Assembly (NCBI GenBank): GCA_965222225.1
Contig: CBDCTK010000002.1
Location: 4,096,001 to 4,160,000 of the forward strand
Source: Candidatus Poribacteria bacterium
Lineage (GTDB): Bacteria; Poribacteria; WGA-4E; JAJDTR01
Reading direction: 5' to 3'
Length of the DNA: 64,000 nt
Shown in pieces: positions 42,543 to 51,703 of this stretch. The translations under genes and the position numbers were made by a program. The notes below the pieces were generated by a model that ran no database searches, was not told the origin of the DNA, and saw only the letters and a program-made list of their open reading frames with translations. How positions within the stretch are numbered: the stretch's first letter is position 1; each line of letters opens with the position of its first letter.

Positions 42543-42577
42543 GATCAAAGGAGCGGATAGCGACTGCGATAGAGATC
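42543..42577 (+). repeat. 35-bp GATC micro-element
   Basis: GATCAAAGGAGCGGATAGCGACTGCGATAGAGATC directly after GTAGGG. Confidence 0.8.
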
Positions 42578-42713
42578 TTCTCCAGGCCGAGACTTCATAT
42601 CGCGAGCAGAACTCGCTCCTACAGAAGACGCGCAGTAAATTGCACTACTACAAACTGACCAACGTAAATCCTATATGTAAAATTCTTAGTTATAGCGACT
42701 ATAGTCGAAACCC

Positions 42714-43934
42714 CTAAACCGCTTTGCTTTCGAGCCAGTCCTTTGTCACCTCGATTCCGAATCCGGGCGCGTCGCTCGGCGTAAGGTAACCCCCTTTTAT
42801 GACGGGTGTCCCCGGTAAAACGACCTGTTCTTCGAGTGGCACTCCCGGCGGTGACACACCCTCCGAGCGCTCACCCCACTGTATGGCGGGCATTGCGTAC
42901 GAAACATGCTGCCCGTAAGGGTAATTCATGCCGGCATGGCTGATGACACTCAGACCGTGCGCTTCGGCGATGTGGCAAATCCGTACCAGCGCCGTGACGC
43001 CGCCGACCCACTGAATATCCGGCTGCAATATGTCGACCAATCCTTTCCCCGCCGCCAATGCGAATGGGTGAATAGTGTACCAATGTTCGCCGGTGGCGAG
43101 AATCTGCGACGGCACCCGCTCTCGCACTTTGAAGTAGCTGTCCAAATCTTCCGGCAGCAGGTAGTCTTCGAGCCACTTCAGGCGGTATGGTTTCAACGCT
43201 TCGACGAGCCTCACGACGTATTCCACATTAAACGACATCCACGCATCCAGCATGAGTTCAACATCATCGCCTATCTGCTCCCGAGTCCTTGCAACCAACT
43301 CTTCCGTCGCTCGGATTCCTTCGATTCCCGATTCAGGCCCATGTCGCGCGAAAAGTTTGACGGCTTTAAATCCCAGTTCCAAGAACCACGCGATACTATT
43401 CTCCGTACCGTATGATATATCCGTATTGCTGGCGTAGCAGAATATTTTGTCCTTTTGGGGTCCGCCGAGAAGTTCGTAGACAGGGCGCTTGAGTAATTTG
43501 CCTTTCAGGTCCCATAAGGCGTTGTCCACGGCGCTGATAGCGTAGCTAGCCAACCCCGCGCTATGGTACGGCGCAGAACCTCGACGCATCAAATCCCATA
43601 TTTTCTCGGTGGCAACACAGTTTTGGCCGGTAAGCAAAGGAGCAAGTTGGTCGTTTATGATGCTGAGTACCGGGCCGCTATTCGTTGTCATTCCCAGTCC
43701 CCAGGTTCCGTCCTCGGCAGTCACAACGCAGGCGAGGCGCGTCCAATCGGCTGTCCAATCACTTCTCTTGAATTCGGAGTATCGCGCCATCGGACTGGTG
43801 AACCCGTCGGTCTCAACGCGGGGAACACGAGGTTCGGTCTTGGACTCGGGGGTAAGGTTAACTGCAACAGCACGAATATCTTTTATCTTCACTTCTGTTG
43901 CTCCTTTATGAATGGAGAATGGCAACGTTAGCAA
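42714..43934 (-). CDS. L-rhamnonate dehydratase-like enolase-superfamily enzyme (start probably GTG ~43891)
   Basis: SAVDNALWDLKGK, LMLDAWM, WLED, ATGEH, LQPDIQWVGG; paralog of 12640..13815. Confidence 0.88.
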   Translation of the reverse strand: MLTLPFSIHKGATEVKIKDIRAVAVNLTPESKTEPRVPRVETDGFTSPMARYSEFKRSDWTADWTRLACVVTAEDGTWGLGMTTNSGPVLSIINDQLAPLLTGQNCVATEKIWDLMRRGSAPYHSAGLASYAISAVDNALWDLKGKLLKRPVYELLGGPQKDKIFCYASNTDISYGTENSIAWFLELGFKAVKLFARHGPESGIEGIRATEELVARTREQIGDDVELMLDAWMSFNVEYVVRLVEALKPYRLKWLEDYLLPEDLDSYFKVRERVPSQILATGEHWYTIHPFALAAGKGLVDILQPDIQWVGGVTALVRICHIAEAHGLSVISHAGMNYPYGQHVSYAMPAIQWGERSEGVSPPGVPLEEQVVLPGTPVIKGGYLTPSDAPGFGIEVTKDWLESKAV

Positions 43935-44167
43935 TCGCCGGTCTGCAAATCGATTGTCACAAGGTATCTCCCTTGCGCCTAGAATCTATACGCGCATTGG
44001 ATGCGGAAAATCATTATAACACGTCGTTGGACCAGAATCCAACACCGAACCTTTGGTCCCTGAAAGTTGCACCTAGTTTCGGAGAAGTAAGAGTTAATAC
44101 CATCTGGTACTGACCAAAGTGACAAAGAACTAAGCGATAATGCCGGTGGCTGTGCCGTTTTTTGCTG

Positions 44168-44195
44168 TTGACACCCCTAAGCAAATTGGTATAAT
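44168..44195 (+). promoter_or_regulatory. Sigma70-type promoter
   Basis: TTGACA-N16-TATAAT with extended -10 TG. Confidence 0.6.
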
Positions 44196-44207
44196 TGGAT
44201 TGACGAT

Positions 44208-45353
44208 TTGTTAGTTCCCAATTCCCCAGAACCGCGTAATAAGAGTATGCCAATGGAAATGAAATTTAACGTCGGAATTGTCGGAGCCCGTCGAGGCACT
44301 GGGCACATTCTACCGTTTAGCACGATTACTGAAACGGAGGTGGCTGCGCTCTGTGATTTGAATGAGGAAACACTTCACACCGTCGCGACAGCGCACGGCA
44401 TAGCCAAACAATTCACGGACTATGAGAAGCTACTTGAGGACGACGATATACAGATTGTGGTGTTGGCGACTCCCGAAAATCTCCACGTCCCACAGACCAT
44501 CGCGGCGTTAAACGCGGGAAAGCATGTAATCAGTGAAGTAACGGCAGCGGTATCGCTCGATCAGTGTGCGGAATTGGTTCGGGCGGTCAGACAGAGCCGC
44601 ACGAAATATATGATGGCTGAGAATTACTGCTACCTCAAATCAAATGTGTTGATTGGCAACATGGTGCGGCAGGGGATGTTCGGGGAAATATATTTTGGCG
44701 AAGGGGAATACCTCCATAGTATCAAATCGCTTCATCACGATAGCGAAGGCAATCCAACGTGGCGCTACTACTGGCAAGTGGGCGTGAATCGTTGTAACTA
44801 CGCGACACACCACCTCGGTCCTGTGCTGCAATGGTTTAACGAACGGGTCGTAAGCGTTTGTTGCTTGGGAACCGGTGTGCACACCGACCCTGAACACACA
44901 ATGGAAGATACAGTGATGATGCTATGCAAGACGGATAGCGGCGCACTCATTAAGATCCGAGTAGATATGTTATCCAACCGTCCTGCCAACTCGTACTACA
45001 GTCTTCAAGGCACAAAAGGCTGTTATGAAGGCACACGGGGCCTTGGAGATCAGCCGAAAATTTGGTTAGAAGAGTCAGGTCGTGGTGATGAGTGGATGCC
45101 GCTTTCAGCGGTTGAGGAAGAATTCCTGCCCGAGCGATGGAAAAACCCGCCTCAAGAAGCCGCACATCTAACCGATGGACTCGGCGATTACTTCGAGCTA
45201 CGGGACTTTGTGGATTGCATCCTCAAGGACACTGAACCGCCGCTGGATGTCTATACGGCGCTGGATTTTACGGTTCCGGGCTTGGTCTCTGAGCAGTCGA
45301 TTGCCAATGGTGGCGCTCCGGTTGAAGTTCCTGACTTCCGAAACATGGACTGA
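44208..45353 (+). CDS. Gfo/Idh/MocA oxidoreductase (GH109-like); start probably ~44260
   Basis: VGIVGARRG, ATPENLH, AGKHVISEV, MMAENYCY, GEGEYLH, YATH. Confidence 0.88.
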   Translation: MLVPNSPEPRNKSMPMEMKFNVGIVGARRGTGHILPFSTITETEVAALCDLNEETLHTVATAHGIAKQFTDYEKLLEDDDIQIVVLATPENLHVPQTIAALNAGKHVISEVTAAVSLDQCAELVRAVRQSRTKYMMAENYCYLKSNVLIGNMVRQGMFGEIYFGEGEYLHSIKSLHHDSEGNPTWRYYWQVGVNRCNYATHHLGPVLQWFNERVVSVCCLGTGVHTDPEHTMEDTVMMLCKTDSGALIKIRVDMLSNRPANSYYSLQGTKGCYEGTRGLGDQPKIWLEESGRGDEWMPLSAVEEEFLPERWKNPPQEAAHLTDGLGDYFELRDFVDCILKDTEPPLDVYTALDFTVPGLVSEQSIANGGAPVEVPDFRNMD

Positions 45354-45520
45354 CTTCAGCCGGAGCCCATTCATGGTAGTCGTATTTGATATTCAGAGTT
45401 CCTACCCATAAAGGTGGCCTATCGCCCACCATGTCTATTAAGGCACGCTTCAGACGGCAAAACACACGGATTTAAACCAGGAATCCGAGACAACAAAACC
45501 GTTTGTTCACTGACGAAAGT

Positions 45521-46510
45521 ATGGAAATGAATCTCCACGAAATGAAATGCAAAGCCCTGCGGGAAGAAATGAAAAGGCGTGGACTGAAGGGATATTAATC
45601 GTTAAATAAAGCCCAACTCATCCAATATATTTCAACCGGCGTGCACCCGATTCGGCACGTTGCCGAATCTAGTGTGCGGTCGAATAAAAAGGTACAGACA
45701 GTTATTCCAAGAGTTGAGAATCATTCACCTATATCTCCGGCAGCCACGCAGAATGGTTTTCCCATAAACCAAATCTTAGCCGGTGATTGTCTAAATGTAC
45801 TTCCTTCCCTTGCTAGCAATGTTTTTGATTGTTGTATCGCCGATCCCCCGTTCAATATGTCACAAAAAAAAGGATTGGGCTGGGCGTTCAGTTCCCATAT
45901 TACGATGCAGGAAGGGTGGGATATCTTCTCAAAAGACGAATATTCCCAGTTCACACTCGATTGGGTCTCCGAGGTTCTGAGAGTCGTCAAGCCGAACGGG
46001 AATATCTTTGTTTTCGGATCGTTTCACAGTATTTTTACGTTAGGATTTATCCTTCAGAACATATTTGATCGGCGCATTATCACCCAGATTGTATGGTATA
46101 AGCCGAATGCACAGCCCAATATCACCTGTCGCATGTTTACGGAATCAACTGAATTCATTATTTGGGCAGTTAACAATGAGCGTAAAAAGGCAAAAAACTG
46201 GACATTCAATTATCATGAGATGAAGGCGATGAATAATAACAAACAGATGCGAAACATGTGGGAAATCCCGCTGACGAAGCCGTCTGAACGAAAATACGGA
46301 AAACATCCTTCACAGAAACCGCTAGCAGTGGTTGAACGGCTAATTTTGGCGGGCACGAACGAAGACGACCTGATTCTAGATCCGTTTTCCGGAACCGGAA
46401 CAACCGGAATTGGTGCACAAAAGAACAATCGAAAATGGGTGATGATTGAGAAAGAAGAATTCTATAATCAGATTGCTCGACGGCGACTTGAAGAGTTAGC
46501 CGGCGAATAA
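45521..46510 (+). CDS. Beta-class amino-DNA methyltransferase (DpnA/M2.DpnII-like). An N-terminal Rho_N/HeH-like domain is cut off by an in-frame TAA at 45596; the MTase ORF 45641..46510 is intact
   Basis: Motif IV ADPPF precedes motif I DPFSGTGTTG. WYKPNAQPNITCRMFTESTEFIIWA and KQMRNMW...GKHPSQKP resemble DpnA. Confidence 0.88.
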
Positions 46511-46537
46511 TGAGTGTTCATTATAGAGGAGTTTGAC

Positions 46538-47149
46538 ATGCAAAGGCAGGAAGCACTCTCGAAACTGTCAGAGCTTATCAACCAAGACCTGCGTTTTCTT
46601 GCGAATCAATATGAAGTAACGGTTTTCAAGGGAGACAAACCAAATAAGGGTTGGGCATGGCACGTTCTTGAGCGTCATCTTAACTTACCAATCAACTCTG
46701 CTCAAGCACCAAACTTTGGTTCTTGGGAATTGAAGGTAGTTCCTCCGAAGTATCTAAAAAGTGGAAAGTTGACAATCAAGGAAACAATGGCAATTACGAT
46801 GATTGATGCCTACAATGTTGAACATACCGATTTCCAAGATAGCCATCTGTTCACCAAACTCAGGAAACTAATAGTTGCTGCCAGAATCTGGGAGAGTCAG
46901 CAGGAAGAACGATCTGTGCTTCATATTGTGACAACCTTTGACCTTGACAATCCCAAGATATACAGTCAAATTAAAGCGGATTATGATTTAGTCAGAGAGA
47001 CAATCCGCACGAAAGGTTTTTCGGCTTTGACCGGAAAAATGGGGGTATATATTCAACCAAGGACAAAGGGGCCTGGACATGGTAGTATGTCACGAGCGTT
47101 TTACGCAAGAACCACCTTCCTTAAGCAGTTCATTTTTCCGTCGCTTTGA
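46538..47149 (+). CDS. MutH/Sau3AI-family endonuclease
   Basis: NKGWAxHVLE, PNF...ELK, ETMAIT, YIQPRTKG and RAFY follow the MutH pattern. GAGGAG precedes ATG 46538. Confidence 0.8.
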   Translation: MQRQEALSKLSELINQDLRFLANQYEVTVFKGDKPNKGWAWHVLERHLNLPINSAQAPNFGSWELKVVPPKYLKSGKLTIKETMAITMIDAYNVEHTDFQDSHLFTKLRKLIVAARIWESQQEERSVLHIVTTFDLDNPKIYSQIKADYDLVRETIRTKGFSALTGKMGVYIQPRTKGPGHGSMSRAFYARTTFLKQFIFPSL

Positions 47150-47263
47150 AGACATAAAATCCGCGCAAAAACAGATGCGTTGAATTGACAATTAGAACAT
47201 ATTCCGTTTTGAATCACGAGGAATCGCCAACCCTACCAACAGACCGGCGACAAACACTGTACG

Positions 47264-49222
47264 ATGGACACAAAACCAACCTTCCAGACCATTACCCAGA
47301 GTAAAACTTCAACTCCAGTAGATCCTGTAGTAGCGGCGGAGGTTGGTCTAGAGAGGGGCAAAATCGGCAAACTGCATCTGGAGCGGAATGGCGCAGCCAT
47401 CCCACCCTTGTCAACACCGATTTTGTACCCCGTAGTTTCATTCATGACCGGTTCGACGCCGCGCGGCGGGGGTTTGTGGAAGTACCTACTTCGAGATTTC
47501 ATGAAGAACGATGTGCCGATGTTGTCGCAAGTCCTGCACTTTCTGGATTTCCCTATCAACGGTAAGAGTTTGGCGAAATGGCGAAGTAAAACCGTTCGTG
47601 AGTGGTATCGTGAGGTCAATGGACCATACGAAGCGCCGCTCCTGCTCGATTCCGGCGGATTCAAACTGCTTTATAACACGGGGCTAGATCTCTCTGAGTT
47701 CGGCATTAACGCAGAAACGGAAGCGGATGATATACTCGCACTCCAGGACGACATGGGTGGGGACATGATTGCTTCTCTGGACTACCCGCTTCCACCGGGG
47801 CTGGATCGATCGGAAGCCGAAAGGCGGATGAACCGCAGCCTGAAAAATGCCTTTAGGGTAGCGGAATGCATCGCCGATCGCCGTAACCCGCCATATCTGT
47901 ACATCTGTTGTCATGGACAATCCCGGGTTGACATTGAAGAGTACGTCCAGAAGGTTTTTGACAGGCTTCTGGGAGTCTTACCATCGTTTGGACTTGCGGT
48001 TGGCTCTCTCGTACCGCTGCGAGGAAAAAAGGATTCGGAAGTATTGGAGCGGATATTGGGAGTGGTAAACGGAATACCGGAATCGGAGCGACATCGGACG
48101 CCGATTCACGCCTTCGGCGTTTCAGGTGAACTTGCCCCCATACTCGCTTACATGGGAATTGATAGCTTTGACAGCACAAGTTACATTCAAGCTGCTCGCG
48201 GCCTCAACTATTCCCATCCCGAAACGCGGCGGAAGCAGAAAATTATGGAGTTAGACGAAACGGTGTGCACTTGCCGCATCTGCCGCGAGGTGTCGCTTGA
48301 TGAAATGCACCTTGCCCTGTCGGATGCAGTAAGTTATAGGAAGACTTCAACCGGGAAGTACAAGAGCGAATACTATGCCGCCATCGCTTTGCACAACTTT
48401 GAGATGGAAGCGGGGTTACTTTCCCGTATGAAAGAAGCTATTGAGAGCGAAGACTCGCTTGAAGAGTTGGTTCGTCACGCGCAGGTAGGACGAGGCATCA
48501 ATAGAGCAGTAGGCTGGCTGCTTGAGAATGATGAGATTTTTGCCAGTAAGATGGCGAAAACTGTCTTTGAGGCCACCGATTCACGGGGCAAATCCGCCCT
48601 TCCAATTGGGCGGAATCCGTATCAACTCGAACTCTTCACGGGATCCTTGACAGCGGAAGGAAATGGCGAGGAATCGCGATCAATCTCGCTCAATTATACA
48701 CCTGATTCCTTTTCCATTCCCGATGATTATGCTCCCCCTAAGGACAAAGACGTACTGCTGGTTATTCCGTGTGCCGGGAAAAAGCCGTATTCACTGTCGC
48801 GCACACACGCTATTGTCAATACCAAACTTCAGACGGCCTTCGGTGAAGCGGGAACTTCCATCCACAGAATTACCCTTTCGGGACTTTACGGACCCGTGCC
48901 GGAGGAATATGAATCTGAAGAAGCTGTCCTCCGATACGATTTTCAGTTGTCACCGAGAAATACCGCGAAAATACAGCTCGGTGCGGATCGGCTCTGCGCC
49001 TATCTGGAGAAGTATGCCAATCACTACAAGCTGATTGTCGGATACGCGACAAGCCAAGCTTATCGCAAAGTGTTTGAACTCACCCGATCCAGACGGTCAG
49101 ACTTTGTTTTGCTGCCGACGAAACCGAAACAGAATCGACTCACCGAGTTTTTCCGGCACGTTCACCTTGATGAACTCGTTGAGGTTTTGTCAACTGTAGC
49201 GCAACCACTGAGCAAAGAATAA
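47264..49222 (+). CDS. TGT/DpdA-like guanine transglycosylase fused to an ArcS/DUF5591-like C-terminal domain
   Basis: TPILYPV, LDSGGF, SLDYP, HAFG, GIDSFDS, Zn site CTCRIC...LHN. C-terminal VIPCAGKKPYSLSRTH and LSGLYGPVPEEYE...YDF. Confidence 0.85.
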   Translation: MDTKPTFQTITQSKTSTPVDPVVAAEVGLERGKIGKLHLERNGAAIPPLSTPILYPVVSFMTGSTPRGGGLWKYLLRDFMKNDVPMLSQVLHFLDFPINGKSLAKWRSKTVREWYREVNGPYEAPLLLDSGGFKLLYNTGLDLSEFGINAETEADDILALQDDMGGDMIASLDYPLPPGLDRSEAERRMNRSLKNAFRVAECIADRRNPPYLYICCHGQSRVDIEEYVQKVFDRLLGVLPSFGLAVGSLVPLRGKKDSEVLERILGVVNGIPESERHRTPIHAFGVSGELAPILAYMGIDSFDSTSYIQAARGLNYSHPETRRKQKIMELDETVCTCRICREVSLDEMHLALSDAVSYRKTSTGKYKSEYYAAIALHNFEMEAGLLSRMKEAIESEDSLEELVRHAQVGRGINRAVGWLLENDEIFASKMAKTVFEATDSRGKSALPIGRNPYQLELFTGSLTAEGNGEESRSISLNYTPDSFSIPDDYAPPKDKDVLLVIPCAGKKPYSLSRTHAIVNTKLQTAFGEAGTSIHRITLSGLYGPVPEEYESEEAVLRYDFQLSPRNTAKIQLGADRLCAYLEKYANHYKLIVGYATSQAYRKVFELTRSRRSDFVLLPTKPKQNRLTEFFRHVHLDELVEVLSTVAQPLSKE

Positions 49223-49228
49223 GTTGAT

Positions 49229-49723
49229 ATGTACCAATATCGAATGGCGAAAACAGACGATTTGAAGCGAATTGTGGAAATCGAGATGCGATCGGAGATC
49301 CAATCCAATCCATCTTGTCGAGAGAAGCATCAGATTGGCTTCGATACTCGCTACCGTTGGTGGACCGATTATTTTAATCGCACCAGCCACACCGAAACGA
49401 TCAGTGTTCATCGGACGATATACGTTGCTATGATTAAGCTGAATATTGTCGGATACATCGCCGGACATCTGACCTCTCAACCCGATCCGCAAGGCGAGAT
49501 TCAGTCGATGAACGTCCTGAAACCGCAGTGGGGAAAAGGAGCGGGAGTAAACCTGCTTAGGAATCTGGCAAGGTGGTTCAAGAAGCAAGGCGTCGCGTCC
49601 GTCTGTGTGCATGTGCCAGAGCATAGCCCATATAAGGAATTCTATGCCCAACACGGTGCTACGGCTGTGAATGACTCCCTTTGTCGGTGGGATAACATCG
49701 GCGAGGTGACAGAAGAATCGTAA
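49229..49723 (+). CDS. GNAT-family N-acetyltransferase
   Basis: VLKPQWGKGAGVNLL acetyl-CoA motif and EFYAQHG; 6 nt after the TGT gene. Confidence 0.82.
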   Translation: MYQYRMAKTDDLKRIVEIEMRSEIQSNPSCREKHQIGFDTRYRWWTDYFNRTSHTETISVHRTIYVAMIKLNIVGYIAGHLTSQPDPQGEIQSMNVLKPQWGKGAGVNLLRNLARWFKKQGVASVCVHVPEHSPYKEFYAQHGATAVNDSLCRWDNIGEVTEES

Positions 49724-49739
49724 CACCCATAACGAGATA

Positions 49740-50798
49740 ATGAGTAGCCCTTGGTTAATCTCTCAAAAAGCCGATCTAAGCTTTTTTTTCTTGCCCCTAA
49801 TCGTTATTTGGGTGGTAATATTCCTGTTGCCGTCTTCCGTCCTTGACCACGATTTGCCCTTGTGGGCATGGGCAGTATTCATCCTGGGATTTGATGTAAG
49901 CCATGTTTGGAGCACGTTGTTCCGAACCTACATCGACAAGGATGAAACCGAGAGGTTGGGACGAAAGGCGTGGTCGATCCCGCTCCTCTCTTTTCTTGCC
50001 GTTTTCGTCGTATGCTCATTGTCGATTGACGTGTTTTGGCGATTATTGGCATATCTCGCTGTTTCTCATTTCGCGAAACAGCAGTTCGGTTTTCTCGCTC
50101 TTTACCGAATCAGACAGGGAAGAATTAGCAAACGTATTCCGGACAAACTAGCAATTTACCTAGCGGTTCTTTATCCTGTCGTCTACTGGCATTTGGCTCA
50201 AGACAGGTCATTTGAATGGTTTGTGTCGGGCGATTTCGTGTTTCTTAAGCACTTCCAACTACCGCATCAAAAACTAATCATTACCAATGTATTGTACTGG
50301 ACGATCTTGGCAGGTTGGTTAATAGAGGAATGCATTACTTCTGTCAAACAGGTCGGCAAGATAGCTTATGGCAAAATCGCTTGGGTATTGGTCACCGCGT
50401 TCAACTGGTATTTCGGGATTGTACACTTCAACTCCGACATTGTTTTCTCCGTTACCAACGTAGTTGCGCACGGTCTACCGTATATGACATTGGTTGTTTG
50501 GTATAACATAAGGAAAAACGCGAGTTTGAATCAATCTGTGCCGATATTCCAAATGATTTTCACCGTTGTATTTGGAGCTATATTGTTGGCATATATTGAG
50601 GAGTTTGGCTGGGATATGCTGCTATTTAGAGAGAGAGGCGAGTTATTTCCGGCTTATTTCATCGGTCTCTTTGAAGGTTCACTGGCGATTGCTTTTGCGT
50701 ATGCGCTACTGGCTTTGCCACAAATCACTCATTACATTCTTGATGGAATCATCTGGAAAAACAGCGCATCAAATCCTCACGTGAAACAGATGCTGTAG
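49740..50798 (+). CDS. Polytopic membrane protein with conserved His motifs
   Basis: DVSHVWSTLFRTY, HFAKQQFGF, NVVAHGLPY, THYILDGIIW. Confidence 0.65.
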   Translation: MSSPWLISQKADLSFFFLPLIVIWVVIFLLPSSVLDHDLPLWAWAVFILGFDVSHVWSTLFRTYIDKDETERLGRKAWSIPLLSFLAVFVVCSLSIDVFWRLLAYLAVSHFAKQQFGFLALYRIRQGRISKRIPDKLAIYLAVLYPVVYWHLAQDRSFEWFVSGDFVFLKHFQLPHQKLIITNVLYWTILAGWLIEECITSVKQVGKIAYGKIAWVLVTAFNWYFGIVHFNSDIVFSVTNVVAHGLPYMTLVVWYNIRKNASLNQSVPIFQMIFTVVFGAILLAYIEEFGWDMLLFRERGELFPAYFIGLFEGSLAIAFAYALLALPQITHYILDGIIWKNSASNPHVKQML

Positions 50799-50826
50799 GC
50801 CGGTGCGAAGGAGAAAGAAGCACATT

Positions 50827-51549
50827 ATGGAGTTGTACCCGATTCGCCACGGTCAGTCGACCAACAACCGTGGAGATGCGCGTGTCTCTGATCCATCGCT
50901 GACGGAGCTCGGGAGGCAGCAAGCGACCAGAGCAGGACTGGCGCTGAGAAACCTGGGTATCACGCGCCTTTAATGTAGTGCGATGCTTCGTGCGGTGCAA
51001 ACCGCCACAATTGTTGGAGAACACTTGGGACATGCCCCGCATGTTTTCGTGGGAATTCACGAGTGGGGCGGCGTTTGGGAAGATCGGGTTGATGGTGGTA
51101 TGGATCAACTGCCGGGACTAACACGATCGCAGTTGCGCGATGCCTGTCCGACAGCCGTGTTGCCAGATGATGTAACGGACGAAGGTTGGTGCATTCAAGC
51201 ATTCGACGCCCACGAACTAGCGTACGGAGGGAACGATGAACAAATGCTGGGCTTGGCACACGAAAATTGCCTTCGATTCATCGCCCACTTGGACCACCAC
51301 CACCACGCAAGAGAACATGAAAAGGTCGGGGCAATTTTGCACGGTGGATCCGGATCAATGCTGCTCGGTGCATTTTTTGGTTTGCTACCAAATGAAACTC
51401 AAAATCGCTTCCCGCACAACAACGCCGGAATCACGAAAATTATTAGAACTCCGAAGTATACCCAGTTGCTTTATCAAAACCAGACCAGCCATCTATTGAA
51501 AGAGAGTGAATTCGACCTAGAAGCCAGTTCTCCCATGGTAATTTGGTGA
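50827..51549 (+). pseudogene. Histidine phosphatase paralog with a nonsense codon
   Basis: RHGQS motif; TAA at 50971..50973 where the paralog has TAT; the rest stays in frame. Confidence 0.88.
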
Positions 51550-51703
51550 AACGAGTACTGAATGACCAACACCGCCTAGACGGAATTATTTGAAAAAACA
51601 GTGCATCGAATCCCCACCTGAAACAGATGCTAAAATCCGATACCGTGATAAAGCAGTGCATGATTGCCGGAACCGTTTTCAAGCTGAAAGGAAATAACAG
51701 ATT

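Noticed and set aside
45641-47149. Mechanistic link between the GATC-type MTase/nuclease and the GATC ends of the micro-element
   Set aside because: Enzyme specificity is only inferred, many element ends deviate from GATC, and rejoined empty sites do not show GATC. Coincidence is not excluded.
47264-49222. Calling this gene housekeeping tgt or dpdA
   Set aside because: It is much longer than bacterial Tgt, has an extra C-terminal domain, and lacks queA/yajC or dpdB/C neighbours. The substrate cannot be fixed from sequence, so no symbol is given.
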